This document shows positions 21,437 through 31,933 of a DNA stretch of 64,000 nt, piece after piece. The DNA lies in assembly GCA_963836205.1 (NCBI GenBank), contig CAWIIV010000023.1, positions 32,001 through 96,000 on the forward strand. Reading direction: 5' to 3'. The notes beneath the pieces were generated by a model, which worked only from the letters and a program-made list of their open reading frames with translations, did no database searches and was not told the DNA's origin. Within the stretch, counting starts at the first letter, position 1, and each line of letters opens with the position of its first letter. A program made the translations under genes and the position numbers. This stretch comes from an uncultured Acidimicrobiia bacterium (GTDB lineage: Bacteria > Actinomycetota > Acidimicrobiia > Acidimicrobiales > AC-14).

Positions 21437-22634
21437 AGAGGTCGCGCTCCAGGGGGGTGCGGAACCTTGGCGTCACTCGGACGGGGCCGATGGCGGACTG
21501 GAGGCGGGCGGCCTCGGCTTCGGCCAGCCCGGCGGCCTCCGCGCCCACGTCCTCCAGAAGGCGGACGACGACCTCGCCGGTCTTGCGTTGGGCCCATCCG
21601 CCGACGACCCGTCCGCCCCACCAGACAGTGGGGCCGGCGTTGCCGGACCGATCGAACAACGCCGGACCGTGCTCGCCCAGGTACCACGAGCGTTCCTTCC
21701 AGCCCATGACCGTCGGATCCAACGCCGGCAGGAGCGCCACCGACGGCGCGGGCGGCGGGTCCACGACCTCGACGTCGTCGGCCAGGACCAACCCGGGCCT
21801 GGCCCCGCAGACGTCGACCTCCACCGTGGGCAGCTCGGCCACCGCCCGCCGCACCTCGCCCATGGTCAGTCCCGTCCACCAGGCGAGGTCGGCAACCGTC
21901 CCCGGGCCGAACGCGGCCAGCCATTTCCACACCAGCTCCACCTGGGCCACGCCCGCCGGCAACAGCGTCAACCCCCGGTCCAGCCCCCCGGCCAGCCACG
22001 ACGCGGTCGGCGACCACCGGTACTGGGAGCTGATCCACGATCCCCGGGGCCGGCCCCGGACGATCCGTCCCGATGCGGCCAGCACGAACAGCACCCGGGT
22101 GGACGACCCCTGCACCGCCTCCCACTTGGATCCGACGCCCAGGTGGAGCCGCTCCCGCAACCCGGCGACGACCGGCGACAGCTCGGCCGCGGTCGCCTCG
22201 CCCCCCGCCGCGGCCAACGCCTCCATGGTCGCCGACTCCACGTCCGCCAGCCAGGCGTGGCCCTCGTCCTCCCCGACCACCCCCGCCTCGGCCAGGTACT
22301 GCACCAGCCGGTTGCGCTCCCGCACCTCGATCGCCCGGGTGCACGCGCCATGGACCACAGCCACCAGCTCCACCGGCACCACCCACATCGTCCGCCGCAT
22401 CCCCAGCATCCGCAGCAGGCTCCGGACCTCGTACAGCTCCCGCTCGACTGCGGCCACGTCGACCGCACCCGACGTCCGGGCCAGCACCGACAGGAACACC
22501 GACGCCGGGTCGGTCGAATGCAACGCCACCAGGTCGCGGACGATCTCCACCACGTCGTCGGACCGGGCCTCGACGGCCAGATGATGCCGGCGGGCCAGCC
22601 GAGCCCGGCGCTCCTCGATTCCGATGGTCCTCAC
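21429..22634 (-). CDS. AlkZ/YcaQ-like winged-helix (HTH_42) DNA glycosylase family protein
   Basis: LHSTDPASVFLS, MRRTMWVV, FGPGTVADLAWWTGL, LLPALDP and GRVVGGW motifs. Confidence 0.82.
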   Translation of the reverse strand: MRTIGIEERRARLARRHHLAVEARSDDVVEIVRDLVALHSTDPASVFLSVLARTSGAVDVAAVERELYEVRSLLRMLGMRRTMWVVPVELVAVVHGACTRAIEVRERNRLVQYLAEAGVVGEDEGHAWLADVESATMEALAAAGGEATAAELSPVVAGLRERLHLGVGSKWEAVQGSSTRVLFVLAASGRIVRGRPRGSWISSQYRWSPTASWLAGGLDRGLTLLPAGVAQVELVWKWLAAFGPGTVADLAWWTGLTMGEVRRAVAELPTVEVDVCGARPGLVLADDVEVVDPPPAPSVALLPALDPTVMGWKERSWYLGEHGPALFDRSGNAGPTVWWGGRVVGGWAQRKTGEVVVRLLEDVGAEAAGLAEAEAARLQSAIGPVRVTPRFRTPLERDLSG

Positions 22635-22653
22635 CGGCCTCTAGCTTGGCCCG

Positions 22654-24630
22654 GTGGTCAGGAGCTTGTGGAACGACGACGACGCCGAGCAGTGGACGGG
22701 CGACCTGGGTCAGCGGGTGTACACGTCCCGGCTGCTCGGACGCGACCCCGACCTGGTGCTCCACGGGGGCGGGAACACGTCGGTCAAGTCCCGGCGCACC
22801 ACCGTCTTCGGCGAGGAGGTCGACGTCCTCCTGGTGAAGGGCAGCGGCGCCGACCTGGCCGACATCGACGAGTCCGGCTTCGCCTGCCTCCGCCTCCACG
22901 ACGTGGCCCGCCTGGCCCAGCTCGACGCCCTCTCCGACACCGATATGGCCGAGCAGCTGCTGGTGGCGTCGCTCACCGCCGATGGGCCGGCCCCGTCGGT
23001 GGAGGCGATCCTCCACGCCATCCTCCCGTACCGGTTCGTCGACCACACCCACGCCGACGCGGTGGTCACCTTGACCAACTCGGCCGCCGCGGCCGACGTC
23101 CTGGCCGAGGCCTACGGCGACAGCGTGGTCGTCGTCCCCTACGTGATGCCCGGGTTCCTGCTCGCCAAGGAGTGCGCCCGCATCCTGCCCGAGGCGCTCG
23201 CCCGGCCGGGCATACGAGGGGTCGTCCTCATGAACCACGGCATCTTCACGTGGGGCGAGTCGGCCCGGGACTCCTACGAGACCATGATCGACCTCGTCGG
23301 CCGGGCCGACGAGCTGGTCGACCGCCACCGCATCCCGCCGCCCGCTCCGGAACCCGCAGCCGGCCTGCGGGTGGCCCGGGCCGAGCTCCGGCGCCGGGTG
23401 TCCGACGCCGCGGGGGCGCCGTTCGTGATGTCGTCCCACACCGACGGGCCGAGCATGGCCTTCATCGGTCGAGCCGACCTGGACGACGTCTCCCAACGCG
23501 GCCCCGTCACCCCCGATCACGTCATCCGCACCAAGCCGACGCCGATGGTCGGCCGCGACGTCGACGGCTTCGTGGCCGCCTACCGCCGCTACTTCGACGA
23601 CCACCGCAGCCGGGCTCCCCACCCGCTGCGAGCCCTCGACCCCGCCCCCCGCGTGATCCTCGACCCTGAAATCGGCCTGTGTTGCGCCGGCCGCACGCCC
23701 CGCGACGCAGCGATCGTGGAGGACGTCTACCGCCACACGATCAGGGTGATCGTCGACGCCATCGCCCTCGGCGGCTACCGGCCGGTCACCGTCGCCGACC
23801 TGTTCGACGTCGAGTACTGGGACCTCGAGCAGGCAAAGCTCCGCCGCCGACCGCCGCCCGCGCCCTTCGCGGGCGAGATCGTCCTTATCACAGGGGCCGC
23901 CAGTGGCATCGGCCACGCCACCGCGGCCGCCTTCCTGGCCGAGGGGGCGGCGGTCGTCGGGATCGACGCCAACCCCGGGATTCTGTCCACCTTCCCCGAT
24001 ACCGACCCCCAGGCGTGGCTCGGCATCGAGGCCGACGTGACCGCCGAGGACGAGGTCGACGCCGCCGTCGAACAGGCCGTCACCCGCTTCGGCGGCCTCG
24101 ACGTGCTCGTCCTCAACGCGGGCGTGTTCCCGCCGAGCGCGGCCATCGCCGACGTCGACCCCGAGGTGTGGCGGCGGACGATGGCCGTCAACGTCGACGC
24201 CAACGCTTCCCTCCTCCGCCTGGCCCATCCCCTTCTCCGGCTGGCGCCGAGGGGCGGGCGGGTGGTCGTGGTGGGGTCGAAGAACGTGCCCGCGCCCGGA
24301 CCGGGAGCGGCCGGCTACTCGGCGTCGAAGGCGGCGCTCACCCAGTTGGCCCGGGTGGCCGCCCTCGAATGGGGGCCGGACGGGATCCGGGTCAACGTCG
24401 TGCACCCCAACGCCGTCTTCGACACCGGCCTGTGGTCGGCCGAGGTGATCGCGGAGCGGGCGACCCGCTACGGGGTGACGGCGGAGGAGTACCGCACGGC
24501 CAACGTCCTGCGCACCGAGGTGACGAGCGCCGACGTCGCCCGCCTGTGCCTCGCCCTCTGCGGACCCGCCTTCGCCCGCACCACCGGCGCCCAGATTCCC
24601 GTCGACGGAGGGAACGAGAGGGTGATCTGA
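22654..24630 (+). CDS. Bifunctional class II aldolase / short-chain dehydrogenase (RhaD-like)
   Basis: HGGGNTSVK, PSVE and HTH/NHG aldolase motifs; TGAASGIG and YSASK SDR motifs. Confidence 0.9.
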   Translation: MVRSLWNDDDAEQWTGDLGQRVYTSRLLGRDPDLVLHGGGNTSVKSRRTTVFGEEVDVLLVKGSGADLADIDESGFACLRLHDVARLAQLDALSDTDMAEQLLVASLTADGPAPSVEAILHAILPYRFVDHTHADAVVTLTNSAAAADVLAEAYGDSVVVVPYVMPGFLLAKECARILPEALARPGIRGVVLMNHGIFTWGESARDSYETMIDLVGRADELVDRHRIPPPAPEPAAGLRVARAELRRRVSDAAGAPFVMSSHTDGPSMAFIGRADLDDVSQRGPVTPDHVIRTKPTPMVGRDVDGFVAAYRRYFDDHRSRAPHPLRALDPAPRVILDPEIGLCCAGRTPRDAAIVEDVYRHTIRVIVDAIALGGYRPVTVADLFDVEYWDLEQAKLRRRPPPAPFAGEIVLITGAASGIGHATAAAFLAEGAAVVGIDANPGILSTFPDTDPQAWLGIEADVTAEDEVDAAVEQAVTRFGGLDVLVLNAGVFPPSAAIADVDPEVWRRTMAVNVDANASLLRLAHPLLRLAPRGGRVVVVGSKNVPAPGPGAAGYSASKAALTQLARVAALEWGPDGIRVNVVHPNAVFDTGLWSAEVIAERATRYGVTAEEYRTANVLRTEVTSADVARLCLALCGPAFARTTGAQIPVDGGNERVI

Positions 24631-24639
24631 CCGGAGGGG

Positions 24640-24891
24640 CTAGCCCGCCCGCCAGCTGCGGTAGAGGGCGACCAGGTCGGCGCGGGCGGCGGGGGACAGG
24701 CCTTCCGGCTCCACCCGGCCGAGGGCGGCGATCGTCACCCGCATCTCCCGCAGGTACTCGGTGCAGTGGGGGCAGCCGGCCAGGTGGGCCTCGAAGCGGG
24801 CCCGCTCGTCGGGAGTGAGGGCGCCCTCCAGGTAGTCGGTGACCAGCTCGACCGCCTGGCGGCACATGATGGCGTCTCGTCGCGAGCGCAT
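24640..24891 (-). CDS. zf-HC2 anti-sigma factor
   Basis: CRQAVELVTDYLEG...HLAGCPHC (HxxxCxxC). Confidence 0.88.
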   Translation of the reverse strand: MRSRRDAIMCRQAVELVTDYLEGALTPDERARFEAHLAGCPHCTEYLREMRVTIAALGRVEPEGLSPAARADLVALYRSWRAG

Positions 24892-24895
24892 CGTC

Positions 24896-25489
24896 TCAGC
24901 CCTTCCCGAGTTCCCGTTCGAGCATGTTGCGCAGTCGGGACCGGCCCCGGTGCAGCAGGACCCGCTGGTTGGCCTCGCTGATCTCCAGCAGGCTGCAGAC
25001 CTCTGTCGCCGGCAGCCCCTCGAAGTCGCGCATGACCACCACCTGCCGTTGACGGTCGGGCAGCAGGTTGAGGTGGCGGGAGACCTTCTGAGCCGTCTGG
25101 CGGGCGACGATGCGGTCCTCGGCGTCGTCGGCCCACGGTGTCGGAGGCGACGACCACCCGCCGCCGGCGTTGAACCGCTCCGGGGGGACGGCCGGCTCGT
25201 CGGCCCGGTCGGTCGGCACCTCCCGCCGCTCCCGGACGCCGGCAGTACGGGCCCGGTTGACGACGATCCGGAACAGCCACGTCTTGAGCGACGAGCGTCC
25301 CTCGAACCGCTCGATTCCCCGGACCACGCCCAGCCACGTGTCCTGCACGACCTCCTCGGCGACGGCCCGGCTGGGAACGAACGTCGACGCCAGGCGGAGG
25401 AGTGGTGCGTGGTAGAGGTCGACGAGCGTGACGAAGGCCTGCTCGTCCCCCGCCCGGAGGCGGGCCACGAGGTCGGAGTCGTCGACCAC
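24896..25489 (-). CDS. ECF RNA polymerase sigma factor
   Basis: AEEVVQDTW, SSLKTWLFRI and NQRVLLHRGR motifs; paired with the anti-sigma gene. Confidence 0.92.
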   Translation of the reverse strand: MVDDSDLVARLRAGDEQAFVTLVDLYHAPLLRLASTFVPSRAVAEEVVQDTWLGVVRGIERFEGRSSLKTWLFRIVVNRARTAGVRERREVPTDRADEPAVPPERFNAGGGWSSPPTPWADDAEDRIVARQTAQKVSRHLNLLPDRQRQVVVMRDFEGLPATEVCSLLEISEANQRVLLHRGRSRLRNMLERELGKG

Positions 25490-25547
25490 CGGCCGCAGGC
25501 TAGGGCATGCCGTCCCATCCGCCAGGCGACCGTCGTACGATGGCGGC

Positions 25548-25911
25548 GTGAGCGTGACGGTCGGGCCGGCCGAGCTGCGGACGGAGGTCGAGCGCTACGG
25601 GCCGGTCGCCTACCTGGTCACCGTGTCGCCGGAGACGGGACGTCCCCATGTGGTGTCCGTCTCTGTGGGCTGGAAGGGCGGTTTCCTCGTGTGCGGGGCT
25701 GGGAGCCGGACGGCCGCCAACGTGGGCGCGGGCGCCGACGTCACCCTCCTGTGGTCGCCTCCGGCGGAGGTTGGGTACAGCCTCATCGTCGACGGCCCGG
25801 CGTCGCTGGCCGGGTCGACGCTGTCGGTCCACCCCGCAGGGGCCGTGCTGCACCGCCTGGCGGGGGCGGTCGACGAGGGGCCGGGCTGCATCCCGGTCAC
25901 GACCGGACTAA
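25548..25911 (+). CDS. Pyridoxamine 5'-phosphate oxidase-like small protein (reads through into the next gene as sequenced)
   Basis: AYLVTVS..GRPHVV, RTAAN and YSLIVDG; an out-of-frame TAA at 25909-25911 is the probable true stop. Confidence 0.6.
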
Positions 25912-25931
25912 CCGTTGTCGAGGAGGTCGCG

Positions 25932-26381
25932 GTGAACGACGACGAGCACCCCAACGCAGCGATGGTGCGCCGGTTCCTCAACGCCTGGTTCGACGGTGAC
26001 TTCGACACGTGGACTGCGCTGGCGGCCGACGACATCGTCATCCACATGCGGGGCAAGCCCGCTCTCGACGGGAGCTACCAGGGCCGGGAAGGGGTGATGC
26101 GGTTCTTCGAGAACTTCGCCGCCACCGACGTCGACAGCTTCGAGATGGAGGTGGAGGACGTCGTCGCCGACGACCGCCACGCGATGGCGATCATGCGCTC
26201 CGTGTACCACCGGGGCGATGAGCAGCTCGAGCTGCGCAATGCGTGCGCGTACAAGATCGACGCCGACGGCCACATCGCCGAGGCGTGGAACGTGTCCGAC
26301 TCGCAGGTCGCGGAGCACGACTTCTTCCACCAGATGGACGCCGACACGGGCGGGCTCGGCGTGGGGCTCGGGCCACCGTGA
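25932..26381 (+). CDS. SnoaL/NTF2-like protein
   Basis: Own RBS (GAGGAGG) and GTG; HPNAAMVRRF...GSYQGREGV...IAEAW. Confidence 0.8.
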   Translation: MNDDEHPNAAMVRRFLNAWFDGDFDTWTALAADDIVIHMRGKPALDGSYQGREGVMRFFENFAATDVDSFEMEVEDVVADDRHAMAIMRSVYHRGDEQLELRNACAYKIDADGHIAEAWNVSDSQVAEHDFFHQMDADTGGLGVGLGPP

Positions 26382-26776
26382 TCGAGCACGGAGGAGTGGC
26401 GAAGGCCCGAACGTTCCTCGACGCGTTCGCCCGGGGGGATGCCTTGGCGATGGGCGACTTCTTCACCGACGACCTGCCCTGGCACGTGGCCGGGTCGCAT
26501 CCGATGAGCGGGGACCATCGGGGCAAGGAGGCGCTGCTCGAGTACTTCGGCGAGCTCCGGGCTCGGACGGGGGAGACGTACGCGCTGTCGGCGGGGTCGG
26601 TGCTGGCCACCGACTACCACACCGCCCTGTTCACCCGGGCGACGGCCGCGCGCGAGGGTGGCCGGAATCTGGACGTGCTGTTGGCCCATGCGTTCACCGT
26701 CCGTTCCGACGGGATGTGGCGCGAGTACTGGGTGTGCGCCGACGACCAAGACGCGGAAAACGAGTTCTGGTCGTGA
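26378..26776 (+). CDS. SnoaL/NTF2-like protein (second copy)
   Basis: GTGA overlap; AFARGD...WHVAGSHPMSGDHRGKEA. Confidence 0.8.
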   Translation: MIEHGGVAKARTFLDAFARGDALAMGDFFTDDLPWHVAGSHPMSGDHRGKEALLEYFGELRARTGETYALSAGSVLATDYHTALFTRATAAREGGRNLDVLLAHAFTVRSDGMWREYWVCADDQDAENEFWS

Positions 26777-26939
26777 CGGCGGGGATGCGCCGGTCGTAGG
26801 CTTTGGCTGGGTTCTCGGGCATGTCCGACCGAAGAGCCGGCGTATGAGGGTGTGAGCCGGTCGCGCAGGTGGCTTGATGCCGTGAGTCGTTCCCTCTTTG
26901 ACAGCCCGAGGGCCCACTCTTTCAACGCCGCAGAATCCG

Positions 26940-26982
26940 GCCTGGCCTGGCCTGGCCTGGCCTGGCTGGCCGGGCCGGGCCG
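26940..26982. repeat. Short tandem repeat (CCTGG)n
   Basis: Five CCTGG units followed by GGCCG variants. Confidence 0.7.
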
Positions 26983-27125
26983 AGGTCGAACAGGCGGCTC
27001 AGGTTGTTCGCTGCCACCCGCAGTGACCCCCGGGCGAAGGACCCCTCCACCAACGGTCGCGGTTGGGCGGCTTGGGAAACGGGCTCCGTCCACGTCAGCC
27101 ATCACATGTTTTTTGTCGAATTGGC

Positions 27126-27154
27126 TTGACAACCGAACATGTGTTCGATAGCAT
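27126..27154 (+). promoter_or_regulatory. Sigma-A promoter with a LexA (SOS) box in the spacer
   Basis: TTGACA(27126)-17 nt-TAGCAT(27149); CGAAC-ATGT-GTTCG at 27134-27147 matches the actinobacterial SOS box. Confidence 0.85.
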
Positions 27155-27160
27155 GAGGGT

Positions 27161-28331
27161 ATGTCGGAAGGGTCGACGGGGGGCAGGCTGGCAGAGGTTG
27201 TGACGATGCTGCGCGAGATGGTGTCGGGCTTCGAGCCGCGGATCGCTCGACGGGCCGGCGGCGGTGGAGGCGTTGGGGCTGTTCGGCGAGGTCGAGCGGC
27301 TGGGGGCGGCGGGGGTGGCGCTGGCCGGGGGACGGGTGGAGGCGACCCGGGCCTGGCAGGGCTCGGGGACTCGTTCGGCGGCGCATTTCGTGGCGTTGCG
27401 CTGTGGTTCGTCGCTGCGCTCGGCGGTGGTGGCGTTGGAGACGGCCCGGCGGCTGGAGTCGCTGCCGGCGACGGAGGAGGCGCTTCGCTCGGGAAGGCTG
27501 TCGCTGGCCCAGGCGAAGGAGGTCGCCTCGGTGGCCGGGGAACGGCCCGAGCGTGAGGCCGAGCTGGTGGCGGCGGCCGGTTCCGAGACCCTGCCCGCGC
27601 TGCAGGAGCGGTGCCGGGCGGTGCGGGCCGAGGGAGCGGCCGCCTCCGAGGGCTACCGACGAGTCCACCAGCACCGCTACCTGCGGCACTGGAGCGACGA
27701 GGAGGGGGCGTTTCGCCTGGAGGCCCGGCTCTGTCCCGACACCGGGGCCAGGCTGCTGGCCGCGCTGGAGGTCCACCAGCGGCGGATCTTCGCCACCGCC
27801 CGGGGCGAGGGGCGCCGTGAGCCCTACCAGGCCTACGCGGCCGACGCCCTGGTGGCGCTGGCCTGCGGTGGAGGCGGAGGAAGGGGACCGGTACCGGTGG
27901 TGCACGTCCGCGTCGACCACGCGGCGCTGGTCCGGGGCCACGTGGAGGAGGGTGAGGTGTGCGACATCCCGGGGCTGGGCCCCATTCCGGTGGCCACCGC
28001 CCGGGCCCTGGCCACCGACGGCGTGTTGAAGGTGCTGGTGACCAGGGGCGTCGACGTGGTGGCGGTGGCCCACGGGGGACGGACCGTCCCCGCCCACGTG
28101 CGCTCGGCCCTGGAGACGAGAGATCCCAAGTGCGTGGTCCCCGGCTGCGACGTACGCCAGCGCCTGGAGATCGACCACCTCGTCTCCTTCGCCGAGGGCG
28201 GTCCCACCACGCTGGAGAACCTGGCCCGGCTCTGCCACCGCCACCACGCCCTCAAGACCCATCAGGGCTGGGTCCTGGCCGGCCGCCCGGGAGCATGGAC
28301 ATGGGACCCACCACCGGAGATACCACCGTGA
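27161..28331 (+). CDS. DUF222/HNH endonuclease family protein (frameshift near 27250)
   Basis: RDPKCVVPGC, EIDH, GGPTTLENLARLCHRHHALK HNH motif; ALRSGRLS and ADALVAL segments. Confidence 0.85.
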
Positions 28332-28479
28332 GGCCGGAGCGGGTGGGCGAAGGGCGGCTGGTGGCGGGCTCCGACGCCAGTTCCCACCCGGGCGCGGGTT
28401 CGCGATCGCGGGCCGCGTGCGCCGAGTATGGGCTGAGCCGCCCACCGGGGCCGGACGCCGGTGTTGCCGGGACGGGCGC

Positions 28480-28750
28480 CGGCCGGGATGGGGTCGTTGG
28501 CCGGACGGTCGCCATGCCGGGACGGGGGTGGTGCCGGGGACGGTCGTATGCTGGGACGGGGGTGGTTCCCGGGGCGGGCGCCGTACGGGCGGGCGCCGTG
28601 CGGGGACCCGAGGGCCGTGCGGGGGACGGGCACCGGGACCGGGGCCGTGCGGGGGACCGGGGCCGTGCGGGGCGGCCGACGTGCGGGGCGGGCGCCGTGC
28701 GGGGCGGCCGACGTGCGAGGGCCGGCGACGTGCGGGGACGGGCGGCGCGA
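28480..28750. repeat. Imperfect G-rich tandem repeats
   Basis: Recurrent GGGCCGTGCGGGG / GGGCGCCGTGCGGGG / CCGGGACGG units. Confidence 0.6.
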
Positions 28751-28813
28751 CCGGCCCGGACGTCAGGACGAGGCTCGCGATCGGATTGCCCGAGAATCGT
28801 CGGGCGGCTGCTC

Positions 28814-29971
28814 CTACGAACGGAGGCCGTGCATGGGGAAGACCAGGCGGCGGACGGCCTCGATCGAGCGGTCGACGGCCTCGTCGTCGGGGCGGCGGGT
28901 GGTCACGGGCGGCTCGGACAGTGTCGACGGCAAGGCGTGGCCGGCGATGCGCTCGGCGGCCTCGAGCCACGCCGGGGGCAACGCGTCGGGCAACTCGCCG
29001 GCGCCGGCCATCTCGGCGAAGTAGATCGTCCATGCCCGGGGGACGACGCTCGCCCATTGGTAGCCGCCGCCTCCCGTGGCCAACCACTTCCCGCCGGCGG
29101 CGCGGTGGGCCAGGTCGTGCAACGCCGAAGCGGTCGCCCGGTACGCGGCCGTCGTCAGGCCCATGTTGGCCAGGGGGTCGGTGTGGTGGCTGTCGCAGCC
29201 GAGTTGGGTGACGAGCACCGACGGGGCGAAGGTCTCCACCAGCGGGGGCACGACCTCGCGAAACGCCCGCAGCCAGGCCCCGTCGCCGGTGAACGGTGGC
29301 AGGGGCACGTTGACGCTCGTTCCCGCCGCATCCCCCTCGCCCACCTCGCCCACGAATCCGGTGCCGGGAAAGAGAGTCCGCCCGTCCTGGTGCAGGGAGA
29401 TGGTCAACACCCGAGGGTCCCGGTAGAAGATCTCCTGCACGCCGTCGCCGTGGTGGACGTCGACATCGACGTAGGCCACCCGGTCAGCCCCCTGCTCCAG
29501 CAGCCAGGCGATGGCGATGGCGGGGTCGTCGTACACGCAGAACCCGCTCGCCCGCGACGGCAGGGCGTGGTGGAGGCCGCCGGCGGGGTTGAAGGCGTGC
29601 TCGGCCCGTCCGCTCCACACCGCCTCGGCCGCGGCCAGCGTCGCCCCCACCACCCGGGCCGACGCCTCGTGCATGCGGGGGAACACGGGATTGTCGCCCG
29701 GCCCGAACCCGAACTCCCACCACGATCCCGGCTCCCCCCGCCCGGCCCGGATGACGGCGTCGAGGTAGCGCTCGGTGTGCACCAGGCCCAACTCGTCGAG
29801 GGTGGCGTCGCGGGCGGGCGTCTCCCGCACCCGCGATCCGTCGACCAGGCCGTAGTCGTGGATCAGCCGGCGGGTGAGCGTGACCCGTTCCGGCCGCAGT
29901 GGGTGCTCGGGACCGTGGTCGTACCGGGTGGCGTCGTCGCCGTACCAGACGAGCTCAACCCGCGCGCTCAC
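28814..29971 (-). CDS. acuC: Acetoin utilization protein / histone deacetylase family
   Basis: [25 protein letters not shown] and GGGGY motifs. Confidence 0.92.
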   Translation of the reverse strand: MSARVELVWYGDDATRYDHGPEHPLRPERVTLTRRLIHDYGLVDGSRVRETPARDATLDELGLVHTERYLDAVIRAGRGEPGSWWEFGFGPGDNPVFPRMHEASARVVGATLAAAEAVWSGRAEHAFNPAGGLHHALPSRASGFCVYDDPAIAIAWLLEQGADRVAYVDVDVHHGDGVQEIFYRDPRVLTISLHQDGRTLFPGTGFVGEVGEGDAAGTSVNVPLPPFTGDGAWLRAFREVVPPLVETFAPSVLVTQLGCDSHHTDPLANMGLTTAAYRATASALHDLAHRAAGGKWLATGGGGYQWASVVPRAWTIYFAEMAGAGELPDALPPAWLEAAERIAGHALPSTLSEPPVTTRRPDDEAVDRSIEAVRRLVFPMHGLRS

Positions 29972-30078
29972 GCAGCCACGAGGCTACCGAGGTTTCGGGC
30001 CGGGCCAGGCTGGGCAGAGCCGGTCCGCACACGCACGGGCTGGGGTGCCACGCGCCATCGATCGGACCACGACCCCAC

Positions 30079-30957
30079 ATGACCGCCACACCGGTACCGG
30101 CCACGACCGTTCCGGCCGCGTTCATCGGGCACGGCAACCCCATGAACGCCATCGAGCGCAACCGCTACACCGAGGCGTGGGCGGCGTTCGGCAACTCCCT
30201 CCCCAGCCGACCTCGCGCCGTGCTGGTCGTGTCCGCCCATTGGTACGTGAACTCCACCGCCGTCACCGCCATGGCGTGGCCCCGCACCATCCACGACTTC
30301 TACGGCTTCCCGCCCGAGCTGTTCGCGGTGGAATACCCCGCGCCCGGTGCCCCTGAGCTGGCCGAGGAGGTGGCCGACGCGGTCACACCCCACTGGGTGG
30401 GAGCCGACCACGACAGCTGGGGCCTCGACCACGGCACCTGGTCGGTGCTCCGCCATGTCTTCCCCTCTGCCGACGTCCCGGTGGTGCAGCTCTCGATCAA
30501 TGCCCAGCGCCCGCTCGACTACCACTTCGAGCTGGGAACCCGCCTGGCACCGCTCCGGGAGCAGGGGGTACTCGTCATTGGCAGCGGCAACGTGGTCCAC
30601 AACCTGCGGGCGGTCGACTGGAGCCAGCCCGACGCCGCCTTCCCGTGGGCCCGCAGCTTCGACGACGACGCCAAGGCGGCCATGATCACCAATCCGGCCG
30701 GTGTCCTCGGGCTCGCTCTCCACGTCGAGTTCCGCCGGGCGGTGCCGACCCCCGACCACTTCCTGCCCCTCCTCTACGTGGCCGGCCTGGCCCACGCCGC
30801 CGGCTGTCCGGCCGACGTCCTGGTCGAGGGCTACACCATGGGCTCCATCTCCATGGACGCCTACACCGTCGGCGCACCGCCCGTCCCGCCCGCCGGCGAT
30901 GCCGGGCCGCCCTCGCCCCTCCCCGACGCCGTACCCCCCGACGACACCAATGTCTGA
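30079..30957 (+). CDS. ygiD: 4,5-DOPA extradiol dioxygenase (LigB family)
   Basis: [28 protein letters not shown] and PTPDHFLPL motifs. Confidence 0.9.
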   Translation: MTATPVPATTVPAAFIGHGNPMNAIERNRYTEAWAAFGNSLPSRPRAVLVVSAHWYVNSTAVTAMAWPRTIHDFYGFPPELFAVEYPAPGAPELAEEVADAVTPHWVGADHDSWGLDHGTWSVLRHVFPSADVPVVQLSINAQRPLDYHFELGTRLAPLREQGVLVIGSGNVVHNLRAVDWSQPDAAFPWARSFDDDAKAAMITNPAGVLGLALHVEFRRAVPTPDHFLPLLYVAGLAHAAGCPADVLVEGYTMGSISMDAYTVGAPPVPPAGDAGPPSPLPDAVPPDDTNV

Positions 30958-31029
30958 GCCCGTCCGAAGTCCGTTGCCCGGATGACCGCCACCGCTCCGG
31001 CACCCGCCCCCGCATCTGGTCGCGGTTGG

Positions 31030-31199
31030 CCGGGCGTAGTCCGGGCCGACCGTCGCGCCCAGGCCGACGTGGGCGTCGGACATGAGGTCGACGTGGCCGC
31101 CACGACTGGCAGGCGAGCCGTCTTCTCCGCCTGGCGGATGGTGCCGGGGTCGACGTCGGTCGCCCACGAGAGGAGCTTGTCGTTGATCGTGACGGGCAT
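31030..31199 (-). pseudogene. rtcB: N-terminal remnant of RtcB RNA ligase
   Basis: MPVTINDKLLSWATDVDPGTIRQAEKTARLP, then frameshift, then GHVDLMSDAHVGLGATVG (degenerate MPDAH motif), then truncation. Confidence 0.7.
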
Positions 31200-31271
31200 G
31201 GCCGTCCCAATGTGGCGGGCGCCGCCCCGGACGGCGGCCGATCGTGGGGCGGGCCGGCCGGGGCGGCGGTG

Positions 31272-31913
31272 TCAGGGGCGGCGGCCGTTCCAGGCCACCA
31301 GGCGGTCGATGAGCGGGGCGTCGTCGGCGACGGGGACGGCGTCGGCCCATGGGTCACCCGCCGACCGGTAGGGCTCGGGCATCCCCGCCTTCACCGCCGC
31401 GAACATCTCCGAGCGACCCTCCCCGGGCATGCCCCGGAAGGACTCCCAGGCCGTGGCGACCACCTCGTCGTCCCACGCCGGGGACTGGCCGGTCGCGGTG
31501 GCCAGGTCCCACGTGTGGACGGTGATCTCGTTGCAGTAGCTGGCCAGGGTGAGGGCGCCGGAGTCCTGGGCCCACGGCAGGTGGACGATGCGGACGAGGC
31601 TGGCGTCGTCCGCCCACGCCTCGACCACACCCTCGGCCGCGGCGGACCACGCCGCCAGCCAGGCGCCGTCGGCCAGGCCGGTGACCTTGTCGGCCACCTG
31701 GAACGGGTTCTCCCCCCGGCCCATGAGCGTGACCCGCTGGAGGATGGCGACCAGATGGCCGACGAGGGTGCGGACGTCGTACTCGGCGCACGGCGTCGGC
31801 CCATCGAGCTGTTCGGGGCGGACGTTGCCGATGACCTCGCCGCCGGTGGCCATGGCCCGGGCGAACACGGTGCGGACATCCGATCCGGTGAGGGTGGGGC
31901 TGGTGGTTGTCAT
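31272..31913 (-). CDS. TIGR03086 / MDMPI-family metal-binding protein
   Basis: PTPCAEYDVRTLVGHL, VHTWDLATATGQ and DRLVAWNGR motifs. Confidence 0.88.
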   Translation of the reverse strand: MTTTSPTLTGSDVRTVFARAMATGGEVIGNVRPEQLDGPTPCAEYDVRTLVGHLVAILQRVTLMGRGENPFQVADKVTGLADGAWLAAWSAAAEGVVEAWADDASLVRIVHLPWAQDSGALTLASYCNEITVHTWDLATATGQSPAWDDEVVATAWESFRGMPGEGRSEMFAAVKAGMPEPYRSAGDPWADAVPVADDAPLIDRLVAWNGRRP

Positions 31914-31933
31914 GGGATGAGCATGTGCCTCTG

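Noticed and set aside
21205-24405. Long antisense/shadow ORFs (this 1066-aa one and many similar)
   Set aside because: Low-complexity Arg/Gly/Pro-rich translations overlapping well-supported genes, as expected in high-GC DNA
26780-27120. Structured ncRNA upstream of the HNH gene
   Set aside because: Non-coding-looking, but no recognisable family motif or convincing fold could be established by eye
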